From a virus: a DNA stretch of 64,000 bases. Positions within the stretch are counted from its first letter, which is position 1. Each line of letters starts with the position of its first letter. Below the pieces are notes generated by a model. That model was not told the DNA's origin, did not search any database, and was given only the letters and a program-made list of their open reading frames with translations. Below, one piece after another: positions 1 through 8,936 of the stretch. Made by a program: the position numbers and the translations under genes. Location of the stretch: positions 1 through 64,000 of IMG/VR virus record IMGVR_UViG_3300031111_000011, one strand, 5' to 3'.

Positions 1-370
1 GCAGGAGGGATCTTTGATCCCGTATGCCAGAATGGTGAACGAAAGTACCCCCAAGGTACTTTCGAATCACCTATGAAACTAATATACTAATAAACCCAGT
101 TCTTCAGGAACTGGGTTATTTTTTTTGAAAAAAATAATATTATATTTTCTATTAGAGAACCCCTTTAGGGGTTCTAATAAATAATATTTAGTATTAATAG
201 AGCCGCCGCTCTATAAGCGGCGTCTATAGAGCCAACCTACCCCGACCCCCTATTTCCGAGTGTGTGCAGATCTGAGAACCAGTTGCAAAAATTCCGTGTG
301 AGGGTGTATATATACGCCTGAGAACTCGCGGGAGAACTTCGGGGCACCCCCTCCGGGGTGCCCCCCCCAG

Positions 371-400
371 TATCTGACAACATCTGACAGTATCTGACCA
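371..400 (+). repeat. Three direct repeats of TATCTGAC(A) in the ORF-free leader; iteron-like
   Basis: cagTATCTGACAacATCTGACAgTATCTGACc read directly; flanked by GC hairpins (GGGGCACCCC..GGGGTGCCCC at 342-366). Confidence 0.5.
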
Positions 401-859
401 TCCTCATCCTCTCCGCACAAGGTGACTGGGCACCACACTGAGCCACCACTCACCCTGGTCATCATCCTGTACCACTACGACCACACCACACACAACACAC
501 TGAATACATGGCACATACTCACCTCTCACCCTGCGGTATTGTGACCACATTGTGACCTATGGTCCATAGACATCTAAAGGATCGGGAGAAGTGGGTTGTC
601 CTGGTCCTGGTATGGTCCAGGCTAATCACTGCTAATCGTGCGCCCTGGTACGTGAAATCGTATTTCATTATGACATGGCATGTGATGACATTTCACAAAA
701 AGTGTCTCACTATGTGTCTCACTGAGACAACACACCACACTAAGCACCTGATATTACAAGACCCACCTAAGTCACCTACTGGTGACTAATTACCTTCCTG
801 CATTTTATTTCATCTTTTTTGAGAAAAAGAGCATTTGTGAGGAAATCGGAGCTTTTTGT

Positions 860-875
860 GCTCATATCTGAGAAG
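860..875 (+). promoter_or_regulatory. Palindromic motif GCTCATATCTGAGAAG (family TTCTCAnATnTGAGAAG), site 1
   Basis: Imperfect inverted repeat; a second copy lies at 905-921 (TTATCAGACTTGAGAAG). Confidence 0.5.
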
Positions 876-1480
876 ACACACCAAAAACCGGTCCTAATCG
901 GGTCTTATCAGACTTGAGAAGTTGAGTGGGGTTGCGTATAACCAAGCCACGTTGTGAGGGAAACCACAACGGACACGGCGCAAGCCACGTCGCTCTTTTA
1001 CATAGAAGGCCACACGGGATGAGAGGCACAGGGGAAACGGTGCCAGCGAGTAAACCCCATCAATAACATCTCACCTCGTGGCGATGACAAAGATCGGCAG
1101 GGATTTCCCCTGGGGAACGGCTACCCGTCAAGGTCTACTTACTCAAGCCTCAACTTGAGACGCCCAAAATAGTGGCTACGTAGATAAACGGTTAGGGCCG
1201 AGAGCCCAAACGATAACAAAACACACTCAACACGACTCACCATAGCTTGCTTACGGAAAAGTAAGGGATGCGGATGGTGGCAAGTTACTTGCCTTAATAT
1301 CCATTGAAAGCGTCATCCATCGGAAAAGTACGGGCTTCCTGGTGAGTTGTCTCTCCTCTGCTCTCTCATTGGAACATAGAACGGCGTCCCTTTTCATCCC
1401 TTGACATGGTTTCGACTAGGTCATGCGGACAGGATATCACGCCTCGTCGGTCCTTTCGAGGGAGTTGAGGGGAAACCAAA

Positions 1481-1510
1481 GCCCACCATTTAGGTGGTGG
1501 GCTCTGTTTT
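1481..1510 (+). terminator. Rho-independent terminator closing the ORF-free region
   Basis: GCCCACCA-tttagg-TGGTGGGC stem followed by tctgtttt. Confidence 0.6.
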
Positions 1511-1541
1511 CCCTTCAACCTAAGCACAAGGAGCACAGACT

Positions 1542-1847
1542 ATGAAAAAAACTGAACTCTACTTTGGCATGGAAGTCCACGGACGGGATGATGTTACCGA
1601 AGATGAATTCAACGAATTCCTGGAGAGGCATGTCTCCCCTGCTTTTCCTGACGGCCTGACCGTTACCGATGCGCAAGGCCAATGGCTTTCACCCGTGGCT
1701 GGTCTGGTCAAGGAAGGCTCGAAGATCCTGATTCTGCTCCACGATGGCGCGGACAACGCCATTGAATCCATCCGCAATATTTACAAAGCTCTCTTTGCTC
1801 AGGACAGCGTCCTTCGCATTGATCATGCCGTCAACGTCTCTTTCTAA
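1542..1847 (+). CDS. hypothetical protein (101 aa)
   Basis: ORF with AAGGAG RBS 8 nt upstream; first gene of + arm. Confidence 0.6.
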   Translation: MKKTELYFGMEVHGRDDVTEDEFNEFLERHVSPAFPDGLTVTDAQGQWLSPVAGLVKEGSKILILLHDGADNAIESIRNIYKALFAQDSVLRIDHAVNVSF

Positions 1848-1856
1848 GGAGGAATC

Positions 1857-2027
1857 ATGACCACTTTTCTGCACTTCGCGGTCTGGATGACAATGTTGGA
1901 CGACCATCTCACTTTGGCAAGCACCAGCACCTGGACGGTCTATCGGTCTTTGCTTAGTCGGCAAACCAGCGAGGGAATCGACCCCTTCTGCAAAAGCATT
2001 GAGCGTTTCTACGGCGCGGATCGATAA
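1857..2027 (+). CDS. hypothetical small protein (56 aa)
   Basis: TAAGGAGG RBS then ATG; not in ORF track (<60 aa). Confidence 0.45.
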   Translation: MTTFLHFAVWMTMLDDHLTLASTSTWTVYRSLLSRQTSEGIDPFCKSIERFYGADR

Positions 2028-2085
2028 CCAAACACACCAGGGGAGCACCTTTAGGGGTGCTCCTCACTATGGAGGAGATCTACTA

Positions 2086-2181
2086 ATGAGCCCTGAGCAG
2101 GAGTACAAACGACAACGGGCGAAGATCCTGGCCGAAATCGAACGTAGACAACAACAGCAACAGAAGGAGCGAAAACGATGA
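2086..2181 (+). CDS. hypothetical basic/Gln-rich peptide (31 aa)
   Basis: GGAGGAG RBS before ATG; in frame of track ORF 1999..2181. Confidence 0.3.
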   Translation: MSPEQEYKRQRAKILAEIERRQQQQQKERKR

Positions 2182-2345
2182 AACACTTTTTGATCCACTA
2201 CAAGCGGCCCGACAGTGGCCGCATCTATCATGTCGAGGTCACGGGTGAAACCATCATGGATGCCTGGAAGTCCGCACCGGAGCGTGTTCAGTTCCTGGAA
2301 CGAGGGAAAGCGCACCGTCGCTACGGCATAACCGAAATCTGCTGA
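2178..2345 (+). CDS. hypothetical small protein (55 aa)
   Basis: ATGA overlap with upstream stop; compact operon. Confidence 0.4.
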   Translation: MKHFLIHYKRPDSGRIYHVEVTGETIMDAWKSAPERVQFLERGKAHRRYGITEIC

Positions 2346-2421
2346 CCGCTTTACGTCTCCGCATCGCCTGGGAATCGGTGCGGAGAGGCAAACCGATCAA
2401 CTCACTCAATAGGAGGTCATC

Positions 2422-2571
2422 ATGGATAACACCTGCGATCAATGTCTATGCAAGAATTGTGACCATCCGGACTGCCCGTACCCATGCAAGGCGCAGCACT
2501 GCTGCGAAGCACCAGTCACTCGATGCCAGGATCTGGAAGATTATCGAAATGCGAAGGGATACAACAAGTAA
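2422..2571 (+). CDS. Cys-rich small protein (49 aa), probable zinc binder
   Basis: TAGGAGG RBS; MDNTCDQCLCKNCDHPDCPYPCKAQHCC. Confidence 0.5.
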   Translation: MDNTCDQCLCKNCDHPDCPYPCKAQHCCEAPVTRCQDLEDYRNAKGYNK

Positions 2572-2572
2572 T

Positions 2573-2722
2573 ATGACGGTACAAGACGCACTCGCCAAAT
2601 TGGAAGAGATCCACAGGCCGAAAGGCGAACCCAAAGAGGTGAAACCGTCCACCTTCCGCAGAACGTGGAATGTGAACGAATACCGACTCAGGAGGATGTC
2701 ATGGAAGAGAGGAAAATCATGA
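2573..2722 (+). CDS. hypothetical small protein (49 aa)
   Basis: ATG 2 nt after upstream stop; frame of track ORF 2378..2722. Confidence 0.4.
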   Translation: MTVQDALAKLEEIHRPKGEPKEVKPSTFRRTWNVNEYRLRRMSWKRGKS

Positions 2723-3003
2723 GCAATCCCAGACTGAACACTCACCTCAAAGGTGAGGAAAAAATCGGCAATTGCACAGTGAGAATGATCCGCAAAACTG
2801 CGAACGAGCAGACCTACGAGTATGTCATCGAGATCATCGGACCCATGCACGGGATCGGTGACACGTACCAGATGGTCAAGATCCACTTCAAAGCGGAGTG
2901 GGGAAACGTGGAAAGCGGCCAGGATGCAGCCATGGATGCGGCTCGAATGTTCCGGAATCTGCGGGAAAGCAACCTTTCCACATTCACCTTCAATGAATCG
3001 TAA
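2701..3003 (+). CDS. hypothetical protein (100 aa)
   Basis: CAGGAGG RBS then ATG 2701; frame of track ORF 2665..3003. Confidence 0.55.
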   Translation: MEERKIMSNPRLNTHLKGEEKIGNCTVRMIRKTANEQTYEYVIEIIGPMHGIGDTYQMVKIHFKAEWGNVESGQDAAMDAARMFRNLRESNLSTFTFNES

Positions 3004-3019
3004 CCAGGAGGAGAGCAAC

Positions 3020-3175
3020 ATGAAGACCTACCGCATCAAACACCGTAAAGGCAAGAACACGAATCACTGGGCCATCTGGGAAGTCAAGAAGGGAAACAAG
3101 ACGGGACCGCCCAGGATCGTGGCAACGGGACCGTACAGCGAGGTCTGGGCCAAGTTCCAGGAGATCATCGGCTGA
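3020..3175 (+). CDS. hypothetical small basic protein (51 aa)
   Basis: AGGAGGAG RBS then ATG. Confidence 0.45.
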   Translation: MKTYRIKHRKGKNTNHWAIWEVKKGNKTGPPRIVATGPYSEVWAKFQEIIG

Positions 3176-3255
3176 TTGCCTTACGTCCCCACATGAGCGC
3201 TCAAGCGCTTGTGTGGGGAGGCAAGCCAATCAACACACTAAAAGGGGAGGATTTC

Positions 3256-3429
3256 ATGACGTACTGGAATTGGATGTTGGACCTGATCTTTGATTTCGCA
3301 CCATTTAACCATGATCTGGCTGCTTTTGTCCGGGATCTGGGAATGTCCGCTCAGGTCATGCCATTGCACCGGGATCACCACGAACTGTTCGGGGAAATCG
3401 TGGACAGTTGGCACGGTGACAACCGATAG
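3256..3429 (+). CDS. hypothetical small protein (57 aa)
   Basis: GGGGAGG RBS then ATG. Confidence 0.45.
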   Translation: MTYWNWMLDLIFDFAPFNHDLAAFVRDLGMSAQVMPLHRDHHELFGEIVDSWHGDNR

Positions 3430-3438
3430 GAGGAAATC

Positions 3439-3831
3439 ATGGGACGAAGCGTAAGCACACCACCGAATTGCGAGGCCGTGGCCTACCAGCACATGGACTT
3501 TGAGGATGAAATCGACTGGGAAATGTTCGTTGAGGACATCCGCTTCATTGCCACCTCACTCTGGCCGTCTCTGGATGAGACGGACGAATGGGTGGGCCGT
3601 GAGGACCACGCACTCCTTGAGAATCAGCACTGCTACATCGGGGTGAGTGAGTACTGTGGACTCATCGCCATCTGGCTCCAGGTCAAGGAGGACATGAACA
3701 ACGATCATCCGGAGCTTTCCCGGCACTGGTGTGGTCAGATTAGCAAGCGGTTCGTGGAAACCTTCGGGGAACTGCGGAAGGTTGGAACATTCAGCAACGG
3801 GGAAGCCGTTTTCGAAAGGATCGCCGCATAA
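3439..3831 (+). CDS. hypothetical acidic protein (130 aa)
   Basis: TAGGAGG RBS; ORF track. Confidence 0.6.
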   Translation: MGRSVSTPPNCEAVAYQHMDFEDEIDWEMFVEDIRFIATSLWPSLDETDEWVGREDHALLENQHCYIGVSEYCGLIAIWLQVKEDMNNDHPELSRHWCGQISKRFVETFGELRKVGTFSNGEAVFERIAA

Positions 3832-4010
3832 TGACCACCTATCTCATGTACATCGACTGGATGACCATCGGGTCAGGGCTGCTTTCTGCCGATGACCTGG
3901 ACTTTCTCACCCTAATGGTGGACCGATCCAGTCAGGTGAAGGTGCTCCTGGCTCAAAGGGATGCAGGAATTCAGAGAATCAGCAACCGATTCACGGGCAT
4001 TAGCCGATAG
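3831..4010 (+). CDS. hypothetical small protein (59 aa)
   Basis: ATG overlaps upstream stop (ataATGa). Confidence 0.4.
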   Translation: MTTYLMYIDWMTIGSGLLSADDLDFLTLMVDRSSQVKVLLAQRDAGIQRISNRFTGISR

Positions 4011-4019
4011 GAGGAGCTA

Positions 4020-4439
4020 ATGGTATCAGCCCAGATAGCGGAGAAGATCCAAAAAGTCCACGCACTTGCCGAACGCGGCATCAACGGGGAAAAGGCAGCA
4101 GCAGAACGGCTGCTTGCCAGCCTACTCACCAAGCACGATGTCACCCTGGAGCAGGTGGGCATCTTCAATGCCAAGCGATCCTGGCACACATTCTCTTTCC
4201 AAGACAAACAACAGAAAGCTTTTCTCTCTCATATCATCGCAGCAGTAGTAAAACGGAAGTATAGTGCGGAGATAAATGGGAAGAAGTTTTTTGCATGGAT
4301 GACTGAAGACGAGGCCACAAACGCACGGCTTGCTTACGTTAAAGCGAAGAGATACTATAACCGGGAAGTAAAGTCTGCAAAAAACAGAACAGCGAATATG
4401 ATCATCAACTCACTCTACACCAAAGGAGAAGCACAATGA
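4020..4439 (+). CDS. hypothetical protein (139 aa)
   Basis: TAGGAGGAG RBS; ORF track. Confidence 0.6.
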   Translation: MVSAQIAEKIQKVHALAERGINGEKAAAERLLASLLTKHDVTLEQVGIFNAKRSWHTFSFQDKQQKAFLSHIIAAVVKRKYSAEINGKKFFAWMTEDEATNARLAYVKAKRYYNREVKSAKNRTANMIINSLYTKGEAQ

Positions 4440-5332
4440 CCCTCATGAAAAAGATCGAAAACGGAACTGATGCCATCCTCGCCATGGAAGAAGCCGGACA
4501 CAATTACACCGTCAGCAAGGTGCCCCTGGTTCTGCCCAACGGCGCGACGGTGCCCGATATGTGCGCCACGGTTACCGACGATGGCCGGTATCTGGGCACT
4601 GTGGGGCGGGACTTCCAACCCGTTCAGCCAGTGGACGTCTACGGGATTGCCCAGAACATGATCGATCTTTCCGGAGGCCAGATCACCAAGGTCGCAACTC
4701 TCCACGATGGTGGGTCGATGGCGATTTCCATCCACCTCCAACGGATGGAGCCGGTCACTGGGGACGTTGTGGATCTGGACTTCCTGCTCATGGCGGGGAA
4801 CAACGGCAAGATGGCGGTCCAGGGCCGATCCTTGTCAACCCGATTCTTTTGCATGAATCAACTTCCTTCGTCCACCTCACTCTTTTCCCTGAAGCACACC
4901 GTGAATGTTCTTTCTCGGATGGAGACGGCCACCAAGATGCTGGCCTACTACAACCGGGAACTCACCAAGTTCCAGGATGCCCTGCGGGTGCTCACTCGCT
5001 TCCGACATCCTGAAAAACAAGCGCTGGAATGGTTCACTGGGCTTCTCCCTGCTCCCCAGAAGGACAGCAAACGCAGTGCGTCCATCCACGAGAATACCGT
5101 GGAAACCTTCATCGAGCTACTCCACGACGGCCAGGGCGCAAATCATCCCGGTGTCCGTGGAACCGGATGGGGATCGCTGAATGCCCTGACGGAGTGGGTG
5201 AATCACCATCGGTCCACTCGTGTCCGGGGTGACCGTGATCCGGAGGAGGTCAAATTCACCTCCGTGACCATGGGGTCCGGTGATCAACTGATGCAGAAGG
5301 GGCTCAAGTCCCTACTCAAGATTGCCGTGTAA
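4436..5332 (+). CDS. phage/plasmid-related protein of unknown function (298 aa)
   Basis: ATGA overlap start, AAAGGAG RBS; product class is a guess. Confidence 0.55.
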   Translation: MTLMKKIENGTDAILAMEEAGHNYTVSKVPLVLPNGATVPDMCATVTDDGRYLGTVGRDFQPVQPVDVYGIAQNMIDLSGGQITKVATLHDGGSMAISIHLQRMEPVTGDVVDLDFLLMAGNNGKMAVQGRSLSTRFFCMNQLPSSTSLFSLKHTVNVLSRMETATKMLAYYNRELTKFQDALRVLTRFRHPEKQALEWFTGLLPAPQKDSKRSASIHENTVETFIELLHDGQGANHPGVRGTGWGSLNALTEWVNHHRSTRVRGDRDPEEVKFTSVTMGSGDQLMQKGLKSLLKIAV

Positions 5333-5521
5333 ACCCGCAGAGGGTGCAAGGGAACCTCCACGGGGCGGGGTGGTCCTGCCCAGGCAACGTGTGACTCCCT
5401 GAGTGCCAAGAAGTGATGGGGAGGACCGGAGGAGCATCTCAGCAGGGTTCTTGCCAAACCCTGGCTCTTTGGATGGCTCCTCCCCTACTTCGCTCAAAAC
5501 CTACTAAATCGAGGAGGTACT

Positions 5522-5698
5522 GTGGAACCCGCACTGCTTGAAGAGATTCAAAACGGGCCAACTATTGATGGCTACAAAGAACTCGCCCGACAGATTGATT
5601 GGGTCCAGAGGCTTAATGGGATGAAAGATGATTTGACCATTAGTGCCCTGACCCACATTGTGGACAGGATGAAAAAGGGAGGTGTAAAGTGCCGCTGA
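5522..5698 (+). CDS. hypothetical small protein (58 aa), GTG start
   Basis: GAGGAGG RBS 5 nt before GTG. Confidence 0.4.
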   Translation: MEPALLEEIQNGPTIDGYKELARQIDWVQRLNGMKDDLTISALTHIVDRMKKGGVKCR

Positions 5699-5964
5699 CC
5701 AAAAACGATGCACGGGTACTTCGAGTGCTGGCCGATCATCTGAAATTCAACAAAGATTCTCCGAAGGTGGAAGCGGATCTTCGCCGCATTGCCGACGAGA
5801 TTGATCCTGGCCCATCGGTGCCCCTGCTGGAGCACCAGCTTGCCGCCGCCATCTCGAAGGTCCAGGAGGTTCCTGGTGTCTACATGTTGGATGCGTTCGG
5901 GCTCTTGTCCCAGATTCGAACCAAGATCATCCAGGGAAAGCTGCGGATCGATATCATCGAATAA
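5689..5964 (+). CDS. hypothetical protein (91 aa)
   Basis: AAAGGGAGG RBS; GTG start overlapping upstream gene. Confidence 0.5.
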   Translation: MPLTKNDARVLRVLADHLKFNKDSPKVEADLRRIADEIDPGPSVPLLEHQLAAAISKVQEVPGVYMLDAFGLLSQIRTKIIQGKLRIDIIE

Positions 5965-5974
5965 GGAGGAGTCC

Positions 5975-6331
5975 ATGGCCTGGACAGCACGGAAAAGCTA
6001 CATGATCAACGAGCGCTCAGATACAGATCTCAGTGTTCAGATTATTTTCTCACTGGAGAGCAACCTCCTCAACAACGCCTCACTCCCAAGAGTAATTCAC
6101 GAACTTCAGACGGTCCACACCAAGTGGTGCATCCTGAGTAACGAGCACCAGTGGAAGCTATTCGGTGGCAGTCCACGAGGGAAACTGGAACGTCAATACA
6201 AGGAGGACTGGATAATCTCACGCGATCCGTTCAAGGTGCAGATTACCTGCTGCTCTCGTGACTTCGACTCACTCGATGAACGTGACCGATACATTTCGTA
6301 TCTTCACACTCTGGGGTATATTCCCTGGTAA
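5975..6331 (+). CDS. hypothetical protein (118 aa)
   Basis: TAAGGAGGAG RBS then ATG; frame of track ORF 5789..6331. Confidence 0.55.
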   Translation: MAWTARKSYMINERSDTDLSVQIIFSLESNLLNNASLPRVIHELQTVHTKWCILSNEHQWKLFGGSPRGKLERQYKEDWIISRDPFKVQITCCSRDFDSLDERDRYISYLHTLGYIPW

Positions 6332-6468
6332 GGAGGAGCCACTGGCGAGACGTGCCCAGGTTGACAGTGTTGCCGCACCGGTTTTTCTGGAAGAGGTGCG
6401 GGACGAAGTCAGCGTCTACAATCTGAAACGGGCCAAAACCAGCATGGACGTGTAACCAAGGAGAAGAC

Positions 6469-6684
6469 ATGTTTTACATCAGGTTTCTTGAGCTATGGAA
6501 TCTGTCAACATCGGATTTTAGGATTTACGGGGCGACTTTTGCGACGGATGAAATCTGGTTTTTAATTGTGGAGAAAGGCCGTGGGCTCTCTCACTGGGGC
6601 CGATCTCTACAGGCCAGGATGAATCGTTACAACGGCGTTATCCACTCTGATGATCATCCCCTGAACAAACTCTATGGGAGGTAA
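6469..6684 (+). CDS. hypothetical protein (71 aa)
   Basis: AAGGAGAAG RBS then ATG. Confidence 0.5.
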   Translation: MFYIRFLELWNLSTSDFRIYGATFATDEIWFLIVEKGRGLSHWGRSLQARMNRYNGVIHSDDHPLNKLYGR

Positions 6685-6686
6685 AC

Positions 6687-6974
6687 ATGAAAGAGCATCG
6701 ATTCACCATCGAAAGTGCGGCCCAGGTCAGAGCCAAGGTCAAGGCGTTTCAGGAACTGACCGATGCCAAGAAGGTTGAGGTTCGGGTTCGAGGCCCGTTC
6801 CAATTCGACAAGTCCAAGGATCAGCCCATCTTCATTTCCGCACCGGATGGGGATCTGGTCACCGTCTCGGATAAGGCGGGGACCGCTATCCACCGAGCCT
6901 CCAAGCAGGACATCAAACTGGGGGCCAATCCCGACCTGGATTTTCCCCAGGTCTGTATTCTGCGGGTCAGATAA
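6687..6974 (+). CDS. hypothetical protein (95 aa)
   Basis: GGGAGG RBS then ATG. Confidence 0.55.
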   Translation: MKEHRFTIESAAQVRAKVKAFQELTDAKKVEVRVRGPFQFDKSKDQPIFISAPDGDLVTVSDKAGTAIHRASKQDIKLGANPDLDFPQVCILRVR

Positions 6975-7041
6975 GCTCATTTCGTGGCGGGTCCGGTCCA
7001 CTGTGACCGGATCTGTCACACACACTCGATAAGGAGGATCG

Positions 7042-7176
7042 ATGCAAATAATCTATGTACACGACCAGAAAATTGTCATCAACGACAAAACGCCCAAACG
7101 ACGTGTCCGAAAACGTGTCAAACGACTGGAACCTTACCGACGAAAGGGCAAATACAAGGATCTTTTTGTTGATTAG
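7042..7176 (+). CDS. hypothetical very basic peptide (44 aa)
   Basis: TAAGGAGGATCG then ATG. Confidence 0.4.
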   Translation: MQIIYVHDQKIVINDKTPKRRVRKRVKRLEPYRRKGKYKDLFVD

Positions 7177-7179
7177 GGG

Positions 7180-7207
7180 TTGACCTACCGCCTGTAATTT
7201 ATATCAT
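7180..7207 (+). promoter_or_regulatory. sigma70-like promoter upstream of the LuxR-type regulator gene
   Basis: TTGACC, 16-nt spacer, TATCAT; small inverted repeat GTTGAactcTCAAC between promoter and start codon. Confidence 0.4.
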
Positions 7208-7248
7208 ATTTCCAGTGAGTTGAACTCTCAACGGAAAGGGTCCAGGTC

Positions 7249-8028
7249 ATGGAAAAACTCAGAGAGGCAATGTCCAAGGTGCTACGAGACGTAGGCGAAG
7301 GGTACGAACTGTTCTTGCTGGTTACTTACCACAGTCAGACCACTGGGGTCACCATCTTGGACAAGGATCTGACCATCCTCTGGTACAACCCATATGTCCA
7401 AAAATACTTTGGCCTTGAGTTCATTAACACTAATTACCTTGACAGGTTTCCTGGGGAGCAGAGAGAGGCCACGAAGAGTCAACTGCGGCAAGCAGAAAGG
7501 ACCGGGGTCAGTGATCCTGCGCTCCTTCAGCCCCCAGGTGTTGAGATGGTTGTCGAAAGGCGCATCTGGGCAGTCTCAGGCGGGTACATCGCCGCATCCT
7601 ACGACCACACCGTACTCACTCAAGCAGAACAACGCACCAAGGATGTACAGACCACACTGACCCTCTTAGCTGAGGCGCGGGAGGGGCTGATACGGGATGC
7701 CCAACTCAAGACACTGGATATGATGGAAACTCACTGCAAGGCAATCTGCGGCAAATATGGGAACCGAAGCCCGTATGAGTGCAAGTCGAGAAAGAAAGTG
7801 CTGGCTGAGATCCTGGCAGGTAGGCCCAGGCTCCAGACCACACTCACTGACACTGAACTGGAGGTGGCTCGGCTCTACCAAGCGGGTCATCGGAGAAAGG
7901 AGGTTGCCGAGATCCTCGATGTGTCTGAGCATACGGTAAAAAATCATAGTACCTCCATCAGAAAAAAGCTTGGCATGAACAACCCAAGTGTGTCCCTTAT
8001 TGAGTATCTTCAACGGTTTACCTTATAG
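7249..8028 (+). CDS. PAS-like sensor + LuxR/GerE-type HTH transcriptional regulator (VqmA-like architecture)
   Basis: C-terminal LTDTELEVARLYQAGHRRKEVAEILDVSEHTVKNHSTSIRKKLG is a LuxR/FixJ-type HTH; N-terminal ~120 aa has a PAS-like pattern; own promoter and own transcription unit. Confidence 0.7.
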   Translation: MEKLREAMSKVLRDVGEGYELFLLVTYHSQTTGVTILDKDLTILWYNPYVQKYFGLEFINTNYLDRFPGEQREATKSQLRQAERTGVSDPALLQPPGVEMVVERRIWAVSGGYIAASYDHTVLTQAEQRTKDVQTTLTLLAEAREGLIRDAQLKTLDMMETHCKAICGKYGNRSPYECKSRKKVLAEILAGRPRLQTTLTDTELEVARLYQAGHRRKEVAEILDVSEHTVKNHSTSIRKKLGMNNPSVSLIEYLQRFTL

Positions 8029-8051
8029 GACCGGATTAGGACCAGAATGGG

Positions 8052-8082
8052 ACTTAACAAAATATTCTGGCATTGTTAAGTA
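8052..8082 (+). promoter_or_regulatory. Perfect 9-bp-arm inverted repeat ACTTAACAA-N12-TTGTTAAGT; candidate operator
   Basis: Read directly; lies between the regulator gene and the next operon. Confidence 0.5.
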
Positions 8083-8268
8083 TTTCCTAATCAGGTCGGA
8101 ACCCAGTGATTTAGAACCTTTGGAAGACGGAAGGAGGCAGACGCTCACTTAGGTCGATCTCCCATAAATGGTACACCTTGACATACGGAGATGTGAGAAG
8201 GTACAGTACGTTGCTCTGCAACTAATAGCCAGAGAGCTACTACGCACTCACCAGAAAGGGAGTCAAGA

Positions 8269-8628
8269 ATGGAGATCCAAAAGAAAAAGGCCATCAAGAA
8301 TGTTCTCACTGCTTGCAAGCTCATCCGCAAGGAATTCGGTGACCTCCCCTACCCCCAGTTAATTTGTCTGCTGGAGGTCATGGTCGAGGAAGGGATTACA
8401 AAAAACCAAATCGGGGCAAATAACGATCCGACGATGCCAGTAAGCTCTATCAACAGATATGTTGCGAGGCTCACAGACGAGCACGAGCGCAGAAACGCAG
8501 CAGGAAAGCGGGTTCCCGGTCCCCTGACAGTGGATCGAGATCCTGACCTTCCCCAACGTCACCTCGTGAGTCTGACGTCTTTTGGCAAGTTGTTTCGGGA
8601 AGCCCTGGTCAATGAAATGGAGGCTTAA
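8269..8628 (+). CDS. hypothetical protein (119 aa), possible DNA-binding protein
   Basis: AAAGGGAG RBS then ATG; ORF track. Confidence 0.5.
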   Translation: MEIQKKKAIKNVLTACKLIRKEFGDLPYPQLICLLEVMVEEGITKNQIGANNDPTMPVSSINRYVARLTDEHERRNAAGKRVPGPLTVDRDPDLPQRHLVSLTSFGKLFREALVNEMEA

Positions 8629-8849
8629 TGACCAGCCAGGAAATCACTTTTCAGTTCGATGATAACACCCTTAGTGTTGAGGTGGCAGAGGACGGGATCA
8701 ACACTGAGGGTGCGCTATTCCGCTTGAATAAGATCTCTCTGGATGATCAAGAGGAATTGGGTAAGCTCAGGCGACACATAAATGATGCGCTCACCCGATA
8801 CCAAATGCTGCTCGAAAAATATCCAGAGGCAAAGGATGGAGAGATGTAA
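8628..8849 (+). CDS. hypothetical acidic protein (73 aa)
   Basis: ATGA overlap with upstream gene. Confidence 0.5.
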   Translation: MTSQEITFQFDDNTLSVEVAEDGINTEGALFRLNKISLDDQEELGKLRRHINDALTRYQMLLEKYPEAKDGEM

Positions 8850-8866
8850 CAAAAGTGGTTTCGTGT

Positions 8867-8897
8867 GAGGAGGGGTTGGCACCTCTCCTCTTTTTTT
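8867..8897 (+). terminator. Rho-independent terminator
   Basis: GAGGAG..CTCCTC stem followed by TTTTTTT; palindrome site 2 and an RBS follow immediately. Confidence 0.55.
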
Positions 8898-8905
8898 CTC
8901 TTTAA

Positions 8906-8923
8906 CTTCTCATATCTAAGAAG
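8906..8923 (+). promoter_or_regulatory. Palindromic motif CTTCTCATATCTAAGAAG, site 2
   Basis: Directly between terminator T-run and AAGGAGG RBS. Confidence 0.5.
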
Positions 8924-8936
8924 GAGGAAAGCGACT

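Noticed and set aside
237-789. Short ORFs 237..449(-), 250..465(-) and 559..789(+) in the left non-coding region
   Set aside because: They lie in repeat- and hairpin-dense sequence without RBSs, and their composition (runs of His, Thr, Cys) reflects the repeats rather than proteins.
6343-6455. Possible 37-aa ORF after an AAGGAGG RBS at 6332
   Set aside because: The only in-frame start candidate is CTG, so the RBS may belong to an unrecognised leader. Evidence is insufficient.
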